Positions 1-8,574 of a DNA stretch of 64,000 nucleotides are shown here, piece by piece. The translations under genes were made by a program, and so were the position numbers. The notes under the pieces are model-generated. The model did no database searches. It was not told the DNA's origin and saw only the letters and a program-made list of their open reading frames with translations. The stretch comes from Dehalococcoidia bacterium (GTDB lineage: Bacteria; Chloroflexota; Dehalococcoidia; SM23-28-2; RBG-16-64-32), in assembly GCA_963665775.2 (NCBI GenBank), contig CAXXTF010000002.1, forward strand, positions 683,255 to 747,254, in the 5' to 3' direction. Position 1 is the first letter of the stretch, and every line of letters starts with the position of its first letter.

Positions 1-1
1 C

Positions 2-517
2 CTGGCCCCCGACGAGTCGCTGGACGAAGCCGCCATTCGCAAGCTGGACGACGAGACCGGCGTCAGCGATCTCTTCCTCGAACAGCTCTACACCTTCTGT
101 GACCTAGACGACCGCGCCTCCGTCTCCGTCGCCGTCGCCTATTTCGCCCTGGTGGACATCCGGCAGACCCACCTCGCCCGCCGCCGCGCCTGGCCTCCCG
201 CCTGGTTTCCCATCGCTGCCCTGCCCGTTCCTCTCGCCTTCCACAATGATCGTGTCATCGACTACGCCCTCCAGCGCCTCCGTGCCAAGCTGGACTACTC
301 TAACGTCGCCTACTCCCTCCTTCCCGACGAGTTCACCCTCTCCCAGCTCCAGCGGGTCTACGAGGCGATCCTGGCCCGACCCCTGGACAAACGCAACTTC
401 CGCAAGCGCATTCTCTCGCAGGCCATCATCGAGTCCACCGGCCACACCCTGGCCGAGAGCCGCCACCGCCCCGCCCGCCTTTACACGTTTCGGGAACACC
501 ACCCGATCATCTTCTAG
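2..517 (+). CDS. nrtR: NrtR-type Nudix-related transcriptional regulator of NAD metabolism (5' partial)
   Basis: Frame open from the window edge to TAG at 515-517. Degenerate Nudix box (AAIRKLDDETG), LEQLYTF, LPVPLAFHNDRVIDYALQRLRAKLDYSN, then a winged-helix tail (FTLSQLQRVYEAILARPLDKRNFRKRIL...RPARLYTF), typical of NrtR. Lies next to nadABC. Confidence 0.8.
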   Translation: MAPDESLDEAAIRKLDDETGVSDLFLEQLYTFCDLDDRASVSVAVAYFALVDIRQTHLARRRAWPPAWFPIAALPVPLAFHNDRVIDYALQRLRAKLDYSNVAYSLLPDEFTLSQLQRVYEAILARPLDKRNFRKRILSQAIIESTGHTLAESRHRPARLYTFREHHPIIF

Positions 518-549
518 CCCGCGGATCCGCCGCCAAGACGACACGGCCC

Positions 550-578
550 TTGCCCGCAACGGGGGTTGCTGCTATATT
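550..578 (+). promoter_or_regulatory. Putative sigma70-type promoter (TTGCCC-17 nt-TATATT) upstream of the FmdB-like gene
   Basis: Hexamers read directly at 550-555 and 573-578 with a 17-nt spacer. No experimental support. Confidence 0.3.
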
Positions 579-634
579 TACTTATCGAAAGCTGCCCGCA
601 GGGGCGGTTTTCTGTACTCGAGAGGACGAGAGCT

Positions 635-943
635 TTGCCGATCTACGAATATAGATGCCCCCGTGGGCACCACTACGAAATGACGGAGGGGTTCGATGCT
701 CCTTCCGAGCATGCCTGCCCCCACTGTGGTGCCTCCGCCAAGCGTCAGTTCAGTACGCCGGCAGTGATCTTCAAGGGCAGCGGGTTTTACAGCACGGACA
801 ACCCTAAGGCTTCGTCCGCCGGAGGCGGCCCATCCGCCGACACGGCGACATCGGAGGAGCGGCCTCCTTCGCGGGAGAGCGGGAGCGATGCCAAGGCAGA
901 CGCCAAGGCAGACACCAAGACGGAAACGAAGGCAAAGGACTAG
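635..943 (+). CDS. FmdB-family zinc-ribbon protein with Lys/Asp/Ala-rich tail
   Basis: TTG start at 635 preceded by GAGAGGACGAGAG. N-terminus PIYEYRCPRGHHYE...ACPHCGA...FKGSGFY is the CxxC...CxxC FmdB pattern. Confidence 0.8.
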   Translation: MPIYEYRCPRGHHYEMTEGFDAPSEHACPHCGASAKRQFSTPAVIFKGSGFYSTDNPKASSAGGGPSADTATSEERPPSRESGSDAKADAKADTKTETKAKD

Positions 944-1042
944 ACGCCCTCTCGTCCGCGCCCGCCGCGCCCCTTCGGGGCGGTTACTCGTTTTACCCAA
1001 AGACTCTTTGCCCCAGCGCAGCGGTTGCGGCATGATTGCGAC

Positions 1043-1507
1043 ATGCGGGTGGTGATCCAGCGGGTGAGCCGAGCCTCCGTATCGGTGGGCAGCGAGAGGA
1101 TAGCGTCCATCGGACCGGGGCTCCTGCTACTGGTGGGGGTGGCGCAGGGAGATGGAGACGCGGAGGCGCAGCGGTTGGCCCAGAAGTGCGCCGGCCTGCG
1201 CCTCTTCTCCGATCCGGAGGGGAGGTTCAGCCTGTCGCTGCTGGACACCAAGGGCCAGGCGCTGGTGGTGAGCCAGTTCACCCTGCTGGCGAACGCGCGG
1301 AGGGGACGGCGGCCCAGCTTCGCCGCCGCCGCGGCGCCCGAGACCGCCGAGCCGATCGTGGAGACGTTCGCCCAAGCGATGCGGGAGGCGGGCGTGCCCA
1401 CGCAAACCGGCCGCTTCGGCGCGATGATGGCCGTGGAGCTGCTGAACGACGGCCCGGTGACGATCGTGCTGGACAGCGAGGAGCTGGAGCGGCCACGACG
1501 GGGGTAG
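1043..1507 (+). CDS. dtd: D-aminoacyl-tRNA (D-Tyr-tRNA) deacylase
   Basis: [15 protein letters not shown]...[10 protein letters not shown]...LVVSQFTL...GRRPSF...[16 protein letters not shown] matches the Dtd family along its full length. Start taken at the internal ATG (MRVVIQRV). Confidence 0.9.
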   Translation: MRVVIQRVSRASVSVGSERIASIGPGLLLLVGVAQGDGDAEAQRLAQKCAGLRLFSDPEGRFSLSLLDTKGQALVVSQFTLLANARRGRRPSFAAAAAPETAEPIVETFAQAMREAGVPTQTGRFGAMMAVELLNDGPVTIVLDSEELERPRRG

Positions 1508-1517
1508 GAACACACAA

Positions 1518-1548
1518 TTGACACAGCCTGGGAGGGGCGCTATATAAT
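1518..1548 (+). promoter_or_regulatory. Putative strong sigma70 promoter (TTGACA-17 nt-TATATAAT)
   Basis: Consensus -35 at 1518-1523 and TATATA/TATAAT at 1541-1548, about 50 nt upstream of the 1600 start codon. Confidence 0.45.
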
Positions 1549-1599
1549 CTGCCTGACGCAAGTTCGGCACCCGAAAGGGCCGCAAGGAGGAGGGAAGCG

Positions 1600-1851
1600 A
1601 TGTCCCAGTTCTTAGACAGTCACCCAACTATGGCGAACGTGCCGCCCGAGGTGGTGCAGCAGATCAAAGAAAAGCTGCAGGCCAGACAACCAGACGCGTT
1701 CGGCGTCGTAGGTCTCAATATGTTCGTGACGAAGGACATCACGTACTGCTTAGCCGAGGCACCCAACGCCGAGGCAGTGCACAAATCCCACGAGGCGATG
1801 GGTCTTAAACTGGGATCGGGCGATGTCAACGAGGTGCAGAGCCTGGTCTAA
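1600..1851 (+). CDS. DUF4242 (SCO4226-like, nickel-binding type) small protein
   Basis: 83 aa. AGGAGGAGGGAAG RBS upstream. The pattern FLDSH...YCLAEAPNAEAVHKSHEAMGL resembles the DUF4242 family. Family assigned from memory. Confidence 0.65.
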   Translation: MSQFLDSHPTMANVPPEVVQQIKEKLQARQPDAFGVVGLNMFVTKDITYCLAEAPNAEAVHKSHEAMGLKLGSGDVNEVQSLV

Positions 1852-1936
1852 GTCCGCCACAGAATCGATCCTCGAGCGGAGTTACCACAAACCATAACGT
1901 TCGGGAGCGCCCCTTCGTGCGGGCCCTTCCGAGTTG

Positions 1937-2839
1937 TCATAGTTTGCTACGGGCTGTTACTGCGCCCTCTACCTCCAGGCTCAGGTCCAGCGCCACCGCC
2001 GAATGGGTGATCGCCCCCATCGAGATAAACCCTACGCCCGTTTCGGCCACCTGGCGGGCGTTGGCCAGACCGATGCCCCCGGAGGCCTCCAGGCCGGGGC
2101 GCGGATCGCGGGCGGCGGCCAAAGCGACGACCTCCCCCATGGCACCTGGGGACATGTTGTCCAGCAGGAGCTCGTCGGCGGCGGCGTCCAGCGCCTCGCG
2201 CGCCTCCTCGACAGTCGCCACCTCGATCTCGATGCACCGGCCCGGGTTCGCCGCCCGCGCCAGGCGGACGGCCTCCGCGATGCCCAGGCCGCAGGCGCGG
2301 AGGGCAGCCAGGTGGTTGTCCTTGATGAGGACTCCTTCGGCCAGGTTCGGACGGTGGTTGGTGCCACCACCCATGCGGACGGCGTACTTCTCCAGGACCC
2401 GAAGGCCGGGCACGGTCTTGCGAGTGTCGCGGAGACGGCAGCTCGTTCCCTGAAGGGCCTGCACCACGGCGGCAGTGGCGGTAGCCACGCCGCTGAGGTG
2501 GCTCAGGTAGTTGAGGGCGACCCGCTCCCCATGCAGGATAGCGGCCAGCGAGCCCTCGACTGTCGCTACGCGGTCGCCGGGGGAGAGTCGGTCGCCGTCC
2601 CGGCTATGCGGCTGCCACGCCAGCGAGGCGTCGATGACAGCGAACACGGCAGCGGCCACAGGGAGACCGGCGAGCACACCCGCCGCCTTCGCCACGATGA
2701 CGGCGCTGCCGGGCTGCTCGTCGGCCACGAGGGCGGCGGTGGTGATGTCCTGCCCGGCGCGGTCCTCCTTGAGAGCGTCCTCCGCCAGGCGGCGCATCTC
2801 GGCCTCGTCGAGGGCGAGAGAGGGATCAGGAGAGCTCAT
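1937..2839 (-). CDS. nadC: Nicotinate-nucleotide pyrophosphorylase (quinolinate phosphoribosyltransferase)
   Basis: Full-length NadC-like sequence (DITT, LLDNMSP, GGI...ISMGAITHS). Start at ATG 2839 (MSSPDPS), overlapping the nadB stop by 14 nt. Confidence 0.9.
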   Translation of the reverse strand: MSSPDPSLALDEAEMRRLAEDALKEDRAGQDITTAALVADEQPGSAVIVAKAAGVLAGLPVAAAVFAVIDASLAWQPHSRDGDRLSPGDRVATVEGSLAAILHGERVALNYLSHLSGVATATAAVVQALQGTSCRLRDTRKTVPGLRVLEKYAVRMGGGTNHRPNLAEGVLIKDNHLAALRACGLGIAEAVRLARAANPGRCIEIEVATVEEAREALDAAADELLLDNMSPGAMGEVVALAAARDPRPGLEASGGIGLANARQVAETGVGFISMGAITHSAVALDLSLEVEGAVTARSKL

Positions 2840-4424
2840 GCTGGGCTCCCCTGCGAAACACGACGTGGCGGCGCCAGGCATCGGAAGGCTGGGGAAAGTC
2901 GCTGCGGTAATGGGCGCCCCGGGACTCCTGGCGGAGCAGAGCGGCTTCGGTCACCAGGCGGCCGCAGACCAGGAGGTCGGCCAGCTCCTGCGAGCGGCGG
3001 TCGACAGGCGGTTCCAGGACGCCATGCCAGGCGGCGAGGACAGCCTTGGCGCGCGAGAGGGATGCGGCATCGCGGACGATTCCGACATCCTCCCACATGA
3101 GCGCCTGGAGGGCTTCGCGGCTGAGGGATGGGGCCTCGGCGCTAGCCGGGCAGCCTAGGTCGATCGCCTCCGGTATGGTAGGAAGGGAGCCGTTGGGAGA
3201 CTGGAGCGTGCGCAATATGACCCGCTTCGCGAATACGACCGTCTCCAAAAGCGAGTTGGAGGCGAGCCGATTGGCGCCGTGGACGCCCGTGCAGGCGCAC
3301 TCGCCACAGGCGTAGAGGCCCGCCAGCGTAGACTCCCCCCAAACGCTGGTCCGGATACCACCCATCGTGTAGTGGGCGGCCGGCGAGACGGGGATCGGCT
3401 GGCTCGTGATGTCGAGGCCGTGGTCCAGGCAGAAACGGTAGATCTGGGGAAAACGGGCGACGACACGAGCGGAGTCCAGATGTGTCACGTCCAGAAGAAC
3501 GTGATCGGCGGCGCTCCCCTGCATTCGGTCGACGATAGCGCGGGCTACCACGTCGCGGGGGGCGAGTTCCGCCTGCGCGTGGTATTCCGGCATGAAACGG
3601 ACGCCGCCGGCATCGCGCAGGACCCCACCCTCGCCGCGGACCGCCTCGGAGATCAGGAAGGGCTGAACGCCGGGCAGGCGGAGCGCGGTAGGGTGGAACT
3701 GGAAGAACTCCATGTCCATCACCTCGGCCCCGGCGCCGTAGGCGAGAGCGATGCCATCGCCCGTGGCGACCTGCGGGTTGGTGGAAACCCGATAGAGCTG
3801 CCCGGCCCCACCGGTAGCCAGAACCAGATGACGGCAGGCATAGTCCGTGCTCTCCCCGCTGCCCTCGTCCAGGGCCCGGATTCCGCGAACCGCTCGTCCT
3901 GAGCCTGTCGAAGGACCTCCCACCAGGATCTCGGCGGCCAGGGTGTACTCCAGGATGGTGATGCCGGACAGCCGGGCCAGCGATGAGAGCGTGAGCTCGA
4001 TGTGGGAGCCGGTGGAGTCGCCTCCGGCATGGAGGACGCGGGGGACGGAGTGGGCTCCCTCGCGGGCCAGGTCGATCTCACCGTGCAGGGTGTCGAAGGG
4101 GACGCCCAGCCGCACCAGGTCGTCGATGCGGTCGGCGGCCTCGGTGGTGAGGACGCGCCCCGCCTCCTCGTCCACGAGGCCGGCGCCGGCGGCGATGGTG
4201 TCCGCCAGGTGCATCTGAGGCGAATCGTCAGGCCCGACAGGAGCGGCGATGCCGCCCTGCGCCCAGCGCGTGTTGCAGTCCTCGATAGAGCCCTTGGTGA
4301 GGACGAGGACGGAGCCCTGCTCCCGGGCCAGCAGCGCCGCGTACAGCCCCGCTATCCCGGAGCCGACGATGATGTAGTCGTAGAAGGTGGTCATCGGGGC
4401 CGTCCCTGCACCCCTTTCGATCAT
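2826..4424 (-). CDS. nadB: L-aspartate oxidase
   Basis: DYIIVGSGIAGL FAD motif, LATGGAG, FHPT, HYTMGG, GANRLASNSLLE. Start at ATG 4424 (GGTGAGGT RBS, 2 nt after the nadA stop). ATG 4394 (MTTFYDY) is an alternative. The rest of the 644-aa ORF overlaps nadA and is not coding. Confidence 0.9.
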   Translation of the reverse strand: MIERGAGTAPMTTFYDYIIVGSGIAGLYAALLAREQGSVLVLTKGSIEDCNTRWAQGGIAAPVGPDDSPQMHLADTIAAGAGLVDEEAGRVLTTEAADRIDDLVRLGVPFDTLHGEIDLAREGAHSVPRVLHAGGDSTGSHIELTLSSLARLSGITILEYTLAAEILVGGPSTGSGRAVRGIRALDEGSGESTDYACRHLVLATGGAGQLYRVSTNPQVATGDGIALAYGAGAEVMDMEFFQFHPTALRLPGVQPFLISEAVRGEGGVLRDAGGVRFMPEYHAQAELAPRDVVARAIVDRMQGSAADHVLLDVTHLDSARVVARFPQIYRFCLDHGLDITSQPIPVSPAAHYTMGGIRTSVWGESTLAGLYACGECACTGVHGANRLASNSLLETVVFAKRVILRTLQSPNGSLPTIPEAIDLGCPASAEAPSLSREALQALMWEDVGIVRDAASLSRAKAVLAAWHGVLEPPVDRRSQELADLLVCGRLVTEAALLRQESRGAHYRSDFPQPSDAWRRHVVFRRGAQHELS

Positions 4425-4426
4425 GC

Positions 4427-5653
4427 TTACCTCACCGTCAGCATGCGCTCCAGGGCGATGCGAGCGTCGCGGCGGGTCTCCTCGTCCAGCTCCACCCGAT
4501 TCACGATCCGCCCTTCCGCCAGCTCCTCCAACGCCCAGCAGAGGTAGGCGGGATGGATGCGGAACATCGTGGAGCAGGGGCAGACCACCGGGTCCAGGCA
4601 AAACACCAGCTTGTCCGGGTTCTCGCGCGCCAGCCGGGAGACGAGGTTGATCTCCGTGCCCACGGCGAACCGCGACCTGGCAGGCGCCTCGCTGATCGTC
4701 CTGGCGATGAACTCCGTCGAGCCGTCCAGATCGGCGGCCCGGACCACCTCCATCCGGCACTCCGGGTGCACGACGATGGTGATGTCGGGGTGCTCGCGAC
4801 GGGCCCGCTCGATCTGCTCAACGGAGAAGCGGAGGTGCACGGAGCAGTGCCCCTTCCAGAGGATGACCCGGGCCCGCTCCAGCTGCTCCAGGGCGTTGCC
4901 CCCCAGGGAACCGAAGGGGAGCGTGTAATCCCAGACCGGCATCTCCTCCAGAGCGATGTCGCGCTTCAGGCCGGTGTTGCGGCCCAGGTGCTGATCCGGG
5001 AAGAAGAGGACGCGGCGGCCACGCTGGAAAGCCCAGTCGAAGACCCTGGGAGCGTTGGAGGAGGTGCAGACAATACCGCCGTTCTTGCCGCAGAACGCCT
5101 TGAGGTCGGCCGCGGAGTTCATATATGTGACGGGGACGATGTCGCTGATGCCGGCTTCCCGTAACTCGTCCCAGCAGGCGTAGACGTCATCGGGGTCCGC
5201 CATATCGGCCATCGAGCAGCCGGCCGACATATTGGGGAGAACGACCATCTGATGCGGCTGCGATAGGATATCGGCGGACTCCGCCATGAAGTGGACGCCG
5301 CAGAAGACGATGAACTCAGCCTCCGGACGCTGTGCCGCCCACTGCGCCAGCTTGAACGAGTCGCCGCGGACCTCCGCGAACTGGATGATGTCCTCCCGCT
5401 GGTAGTGATGGCCGAGAACGACGCAGCGCTCGCCCAGCTCGCGGCGGGCGGCGGCGATCCGCCGAACGATATCGGCGGCATCCAGGCGCCAGTACTCTTC
5501 CGGGATATCCTTCTGCCAGAAGGCGAAGGCGCGCTCCTCGGCCAGGGGACGGGTCTCCAGGGGGCGATCGGTGGAGCACTCCATCGCCTCGTCCAGGACG
5601 GCCTCCTCGGTGACGACGGGGAGCGGCTGTCCGGCTTCGGCCTTGATAACCAT
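4427..5653 (-). CDS. nadA: Quinolinate synthase (long form)
   Basis: VVLGHHYQ, FCGVHFMAESA, MADMA, CTSSNA, HPEC, CPCSTM motifs. GAAGGGG RBS before ATG 5653. Confidence 0.9.
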   Translation of the reverse strand: MVIKAEAGQPLPVVTEEAVLDEAMECSTDRPLETRPLAEERAFAFWQKDIPEEYWRLDAADIVRRIAAARRELGERCVVLGHHYQREDIIQFAEVRGDSFKLAQWAAQRPEAEFIVFCGVHFMAESADILSQPHQMVVLPNMSAGCSMADMADPDDVYACWDELREAGISDIVPVTYMNSAADLKAFCGKNGGIVCTSSNAPRVFDWAFQRGRRVLFFPDQHLGRNTGLKRDIALEEMPVWDYTLPFGSLGGNALEQLERARVILWKGHCSVHLRFSVEQIERARREHPDITIVVHPECRMEVVRAADLDGSTEFIARTISEAPARSRFAVGTEINLVSRLARENPDKLVFCLDPVVCPCSTMFRIHPAYLCWALEELAEGRIVNRVELDEETRRDARIALERMLTVR

Positions 5654-5673
5654 TTGCGCAGCCCCTTCTAGTT

Positions 5674-5690
5674 AGTGTATGATCTACACT
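5674..5690. promoter_or_regulatory. Perfect inverted repeat AGTGTA-N5-TACACT in the nadA 5' UTR (candidate NrtR operator)
   Basis: 6-bp arms read directly. Lies between the predicted -10 and the RBS of nadA, with the NrtR gene about 5 kb away. Confidence 0.4.
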
Positions 5691-5704
5691 TTCCTATCGA
5701 GTCT

Positions 5705-5733
5705 AGCCTATCATGCCATCGAGAAGGTGTCAA
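5705..5733 (-). promoter_or_regulatory. Putative nadABC promoter (TTGACA-17 nt-TAGGCT on the minus strand)
   Basis: Reverse complement of 5728-5733 is TTGACA and of 5705-5710 is TAGGCT, with a 17-nt spacer. Confidence 0.4.
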
Positions 5734-5881
5734 GCGAACACGAAGGGGTATAGGGAGGTGCAAGACGCTGCCGCTAAGAACAGAATAGAGCTGTACAGGC
5801 CTACATCCATCGCGTAAACTGGCTGGTACTGTCCGGCCAAACATTCGCTGAAGGGAGACATGCTATGCGGTTCTTGATTAA

Positions 5882-7587
5882 GCCCGAATCCACCGAAGGA
5901 CACGGATGGACGGTGTGAGGACAGCGGAAGGGGGTGGGTGAGGGAGCTACAGGGGAGATGGCCTGGGGTCTTGGGGTAGATGGGAGGCCGGCGGACGGTC
6001 TTCAGTCGCCGCACAGGGCCCCTAAGGCCCTATGCGGGAGTTGCGATGCGCGGGATGGCGAGAGGATACGCAGCAGGGGACTCTCGCGACCGGGGTGGCG
6101 CGAGATTGCGGGGACGTTGGGTCAGTTGCAGGCTGGCCGTCAGGCCGGGAATGGAATGGCTTGCAGCCGGGCCAAGGCGCGACTGAACTGGGTTTCCCAA
6201 GGCCAGCGCCGGGGGAGATGCAAAGTGAGGCGGCGCGCCGAGCGGGTGATCCGTCCCACGAGAGCGAAGACCCGCCGCCTGAGGGTCTTGGTGGTCACGA
6301 TCTGCTGACCCAGGCCGATGCGGGCTGTCCAGCGGGCCAGGTTATGCGCCATCACCTGGACCGCCAGCCAGGCGCCGTTGGCGGCGAAGCGCCCCGACGG
6401 CATGTGGTTCAGCCCGACGCCGTACTTGAGGTCGCGTATGGCGTTCTCGACCTCGGCGTGGCGGCGATGATCGGCCTCCAGTTCCAGCGTCTCCTCATCG
6501 CGGTCGGTGATGAAGGCGTGATAGCTGTATCTGGCGAAGAGGGCGAGCTGGGAACCGGGCGTCGGCTTCACCCGCCGGACAATGAGCCGCACCGGCGCGG
6601 CGTCCGGCTTGGTCTGGAACGGGGTGTAAGTCGTCTCGGCGACATCGGCGGCGCCGTCCATCCAGTAGGGAATGGGAGTCCAGTCCTCCTCTGGTATCGC
6701 CTCGATCAGGTCCCGCAGGCTGGCGCGCTGGCGGATGGTGATAGAGAAGCGGACATCCATTTCCCGGCAGGCGGCAACGACAGTGTGGGCGTAGAAGCCG
6801 CTGTCGGCCCGCACCGTGAGTTGTCCCCTGGCCCCGCCGTAGCGCACCCGCCCCACCGTCTCACGCAGGAAGTGGGCGGCGCCACGGGCGGTGTTGGCCC
6901 GGCCCTCGCGCAGCCGGGACATCAGCACCTCGCCGGTGCCGGCGGCAATGGCCAGCAGCGGGTGATAGCCGCGGGCGCCGGTATAGCCGTGGTGGCGCGC
7001 TCCCTCCTTGGCCAGTCCATAGGTCTCGCAGATGGTCGAGTCCAGGTCGATGGTCAGGGGCGAGTCGCCGGGTCCGGCCCCAGCGGCCCAGGCCCGGGCC
7101 AACAACTGGCGGCTCACGCGGTCGAGTTGACGGACATGCCCCCACCGGAAGCTGCGCAGGAAGGTCCCCAGGGTGGATGGCGCCTTGACCACGCAGCCTA
7201 GAACACCGACCGTCCCACCAGCGCGCAGCGCATCGGCGTCGTCGATGCAGTCGCCGCCTGCCAGCGCGGAAGCGACCAGCGTCAGCATCTTGTCCCCAGT
7301 GTTCGCCCGTCCCGGCGCTCCGCCGAGGTCAAGGTGATGGTCGACGAGTTCCCGCAGGCCCAGGTGCCGGGCTAGGGTGGCTGGCAGGAGCAGGCCGGCA
7401 TTGGCCACCAGGCGATGGTCGTCAAAGAGGATGCGGATACGGTCGGGTTTGTTCTGTGGCAGCATCTATTGGGTGCTCCTTGTTTCCGGGCTGGTTTCTG
7501 TTCCAAAACCATTATCCCAGATTCAGAGGAGCACCCGATGGCTTCTTCAAGGACTGTCCCCAAGGCCGTCCTTCGGTGGATTCGGGC
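5882..7587 (-). mobile_element. IS1380-family insertion sequence (about 1.7 kb)
   Basis: Perfect 20-bp terminal inverted repeats GCCCGAATCCACCGAAGGAC at 5882-5901 and 7568-7587 (reverse complement). Flanking direct repeat TAA (or TAAG if the element starts at 5883). One transposase ORF inside. Confidence 0.85.
6140..7465 (-). CDS. IS1380-family DDE transposase
   Basis: 441 aa. IDLDSTICETYG, GYHPLL, VRADSGFY, DHRRHAEVENAIRDLKYG and a C-terminal HLPRRWPWE...LQAIP, as in IS1380-family transposases. Confidence 0.9.
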   Translation of the reverse strand: MLPQNKPDRIRILFDDHRLVANAGLLLPATLARHLGLRELVDHHLDLGGAPGRANTGDKMLTLVASALAGGDCIDDADALRAGGTVGVLGCVVKAPSTLGTFLRSFRWGHVRQLDRVSRQLLARAWAAGAGPGDSPLTIDLDSTICETYGLAKEGARHHGYTGARGYHPLLAIAAGTGEVLMSRLREGRANTARGAAHFLRETVGRVRYGGARGQLTVRADSGFYAHTVVAACREMDVRFSITIRQRASLRDLIEAIPEEDWTPIPYWMDGAADVAETTYTPFQTKPDAAPVRLIVRRVKPTPGSQLALFARYSYHAFITDRDEETLELEADHRRHAEVENAIRDLKYGVGLNHMPSGRFAANGAWLAVQVMAHNLARWTARIGLGQQIVTTKTLRRRVFALVGRITRSARRLTLHLPRRWPWETQFSRALARLQAIPFPA

Positions 7588-7983
7588 TAAGGCATCGTGG
7601 GAGGTTGAGGCTGGCAATGCACTTGCGAGGAAAGGCACCTTAGGCACGACAGTCCAGTCCATCTTCGCCGACCTCAAGCCCGAGGCGGCGTATTTCCTCG
7701 CCGAGAACGGGAAGAGAACGGCGTTCCTCATCGTCGATATGCAGGACGCCTCTCAGCTGCCGGCGGTGGCCGAGCCCTGGTTCCTCGCAACCAACGCTAC
7801 CATCGAGGCCACTCCCGTAATGCTTGCCGAAGACCTGGAGAAGGCGGGACCAGCTATCCAGCAAGCGGTCGAGAAATACGGATAGGTTCGTCGATTATAC
7901 ATCTCTGTGGGGGCTGCGGTCACCCGGGGGTCGGCCACCTTCCGCCTGCACGCCCTAAGCTCGCCTAGACCGCTCGCGCGCCC

Positions 7984-8574
7984 CTAGTGCGAGAGCGATA
8001 GCAGCTCGATCCCCAGCAGCATCACCGCGAGGTTCAGGTACGCCGCCCGCGGCACGGACATCGGCTGTCGCGCCTGGTAGACCCGCAGCAGAGCCATCGC
8101 TCCCATCGTCAGCCCCAAGATCATGTGCGCGACGGCCGACTGGCTATCGATACTCCCATGCAGGTGGAACACGCCGATCTCCAAGCCGCCGGCGATCAAC
8201 GCTGGCACCACAAGCATATCCGCCGTGCTCCTCTGGATGTAGCCCAACCGGTAGCGGGTCTCGAACACTCCTGCCGCCAGCATGATCAGACCGATCGTGA
8301 AGTGGATCGGCCGGTCATTCGGCTCCAAGGCGGTGACAACCAGCATTCCCGCGCCCAGCGTCATGACGGCGGTGGGCCAGATGAGGGTGCGCAGCCGGCT
8401 CCGGTGCCATACACGACCGGCGATCGTCTCCACCAGCAATAAGACGCCGACGAACAGAAAGCCGGCACCGAACAGCCGATGCGACTCCTCTGGCAGGGGG
8501 ATATAACCGTGCAGATCGTGCTGTGGGAGGGCGCCGACACCGTCGATCAGAGGGGCCAGATTGCCCGCGTCGAT
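7984..8574 (-). CDS. Polytopic membrane protein, unknown function (start unresolved)
   Basis: About 5 predicted TM helices with conserved His (FHLHGS, AVAHM). The part of the ORF upstream of 8574 overlaps the preceding gene and looks non-coding. No ATG/GTG/TTG near the junction: only ATC at 8574 and CTG at 8559. Confidence 0.5.
   Translation of the reverse strand: MDAGNLAPLIDGVGALPQHDLHGYIPLPEESHRLFGAGFLFVGVLLLVETIAGRVWHRSRLRTLIWPTAVMTLGAGMLVVTALEPNDRPIHFTIGLIMLAAGVFETRYRLGYIQRSTADMLVVPALIAGGLEIGVFHLHGSIDSQSAVAHMILGLTMGAMALLRVYQARQPMSVPRAAYLNLAVMLLGIELLSLSH

Larger units (their letters stand above)
5865..7885 (+). pseudogene. Small conserved protein (about 103 aa, DUF3303-like, family name uncertain) interrupted after codon 6 by the IS1380 element
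   Basis: ATG 5865 with a GAAGGGAG RBS encodes MRFLIK, then the IS begins. The frame resumes at 7589 (KASWEVEAGNALARKGTLGTT...EKYG, stop 7885). Removing the IS and one copy of the duplicated TAA(G) restores one uninterrupted ORF. Confidence 0.65.

Noticed and set aside
4425-4760. N-terminal 112-aa extension of the nadB ORF. Similar extensions occur for hisG (17731-17853), nfeD (18806-19120), pcrA (30956-30994), the DRTGG gene (34548-34763) and the histidine phosphatase (41302-41541)
   Set aside because: The extensions overlap neighbouring well-supported genes and have Arg/Gly/Pro-rich non-protein-like composition. Conserved N-termini with RBSs occur at the internal starts.
6032-7201. 389-aa plus-strand ORF inside the IS element
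   Set aside because: It is antisense to the IS1380 transposase, which has convincing family motifs. No RBS or motifs support it.
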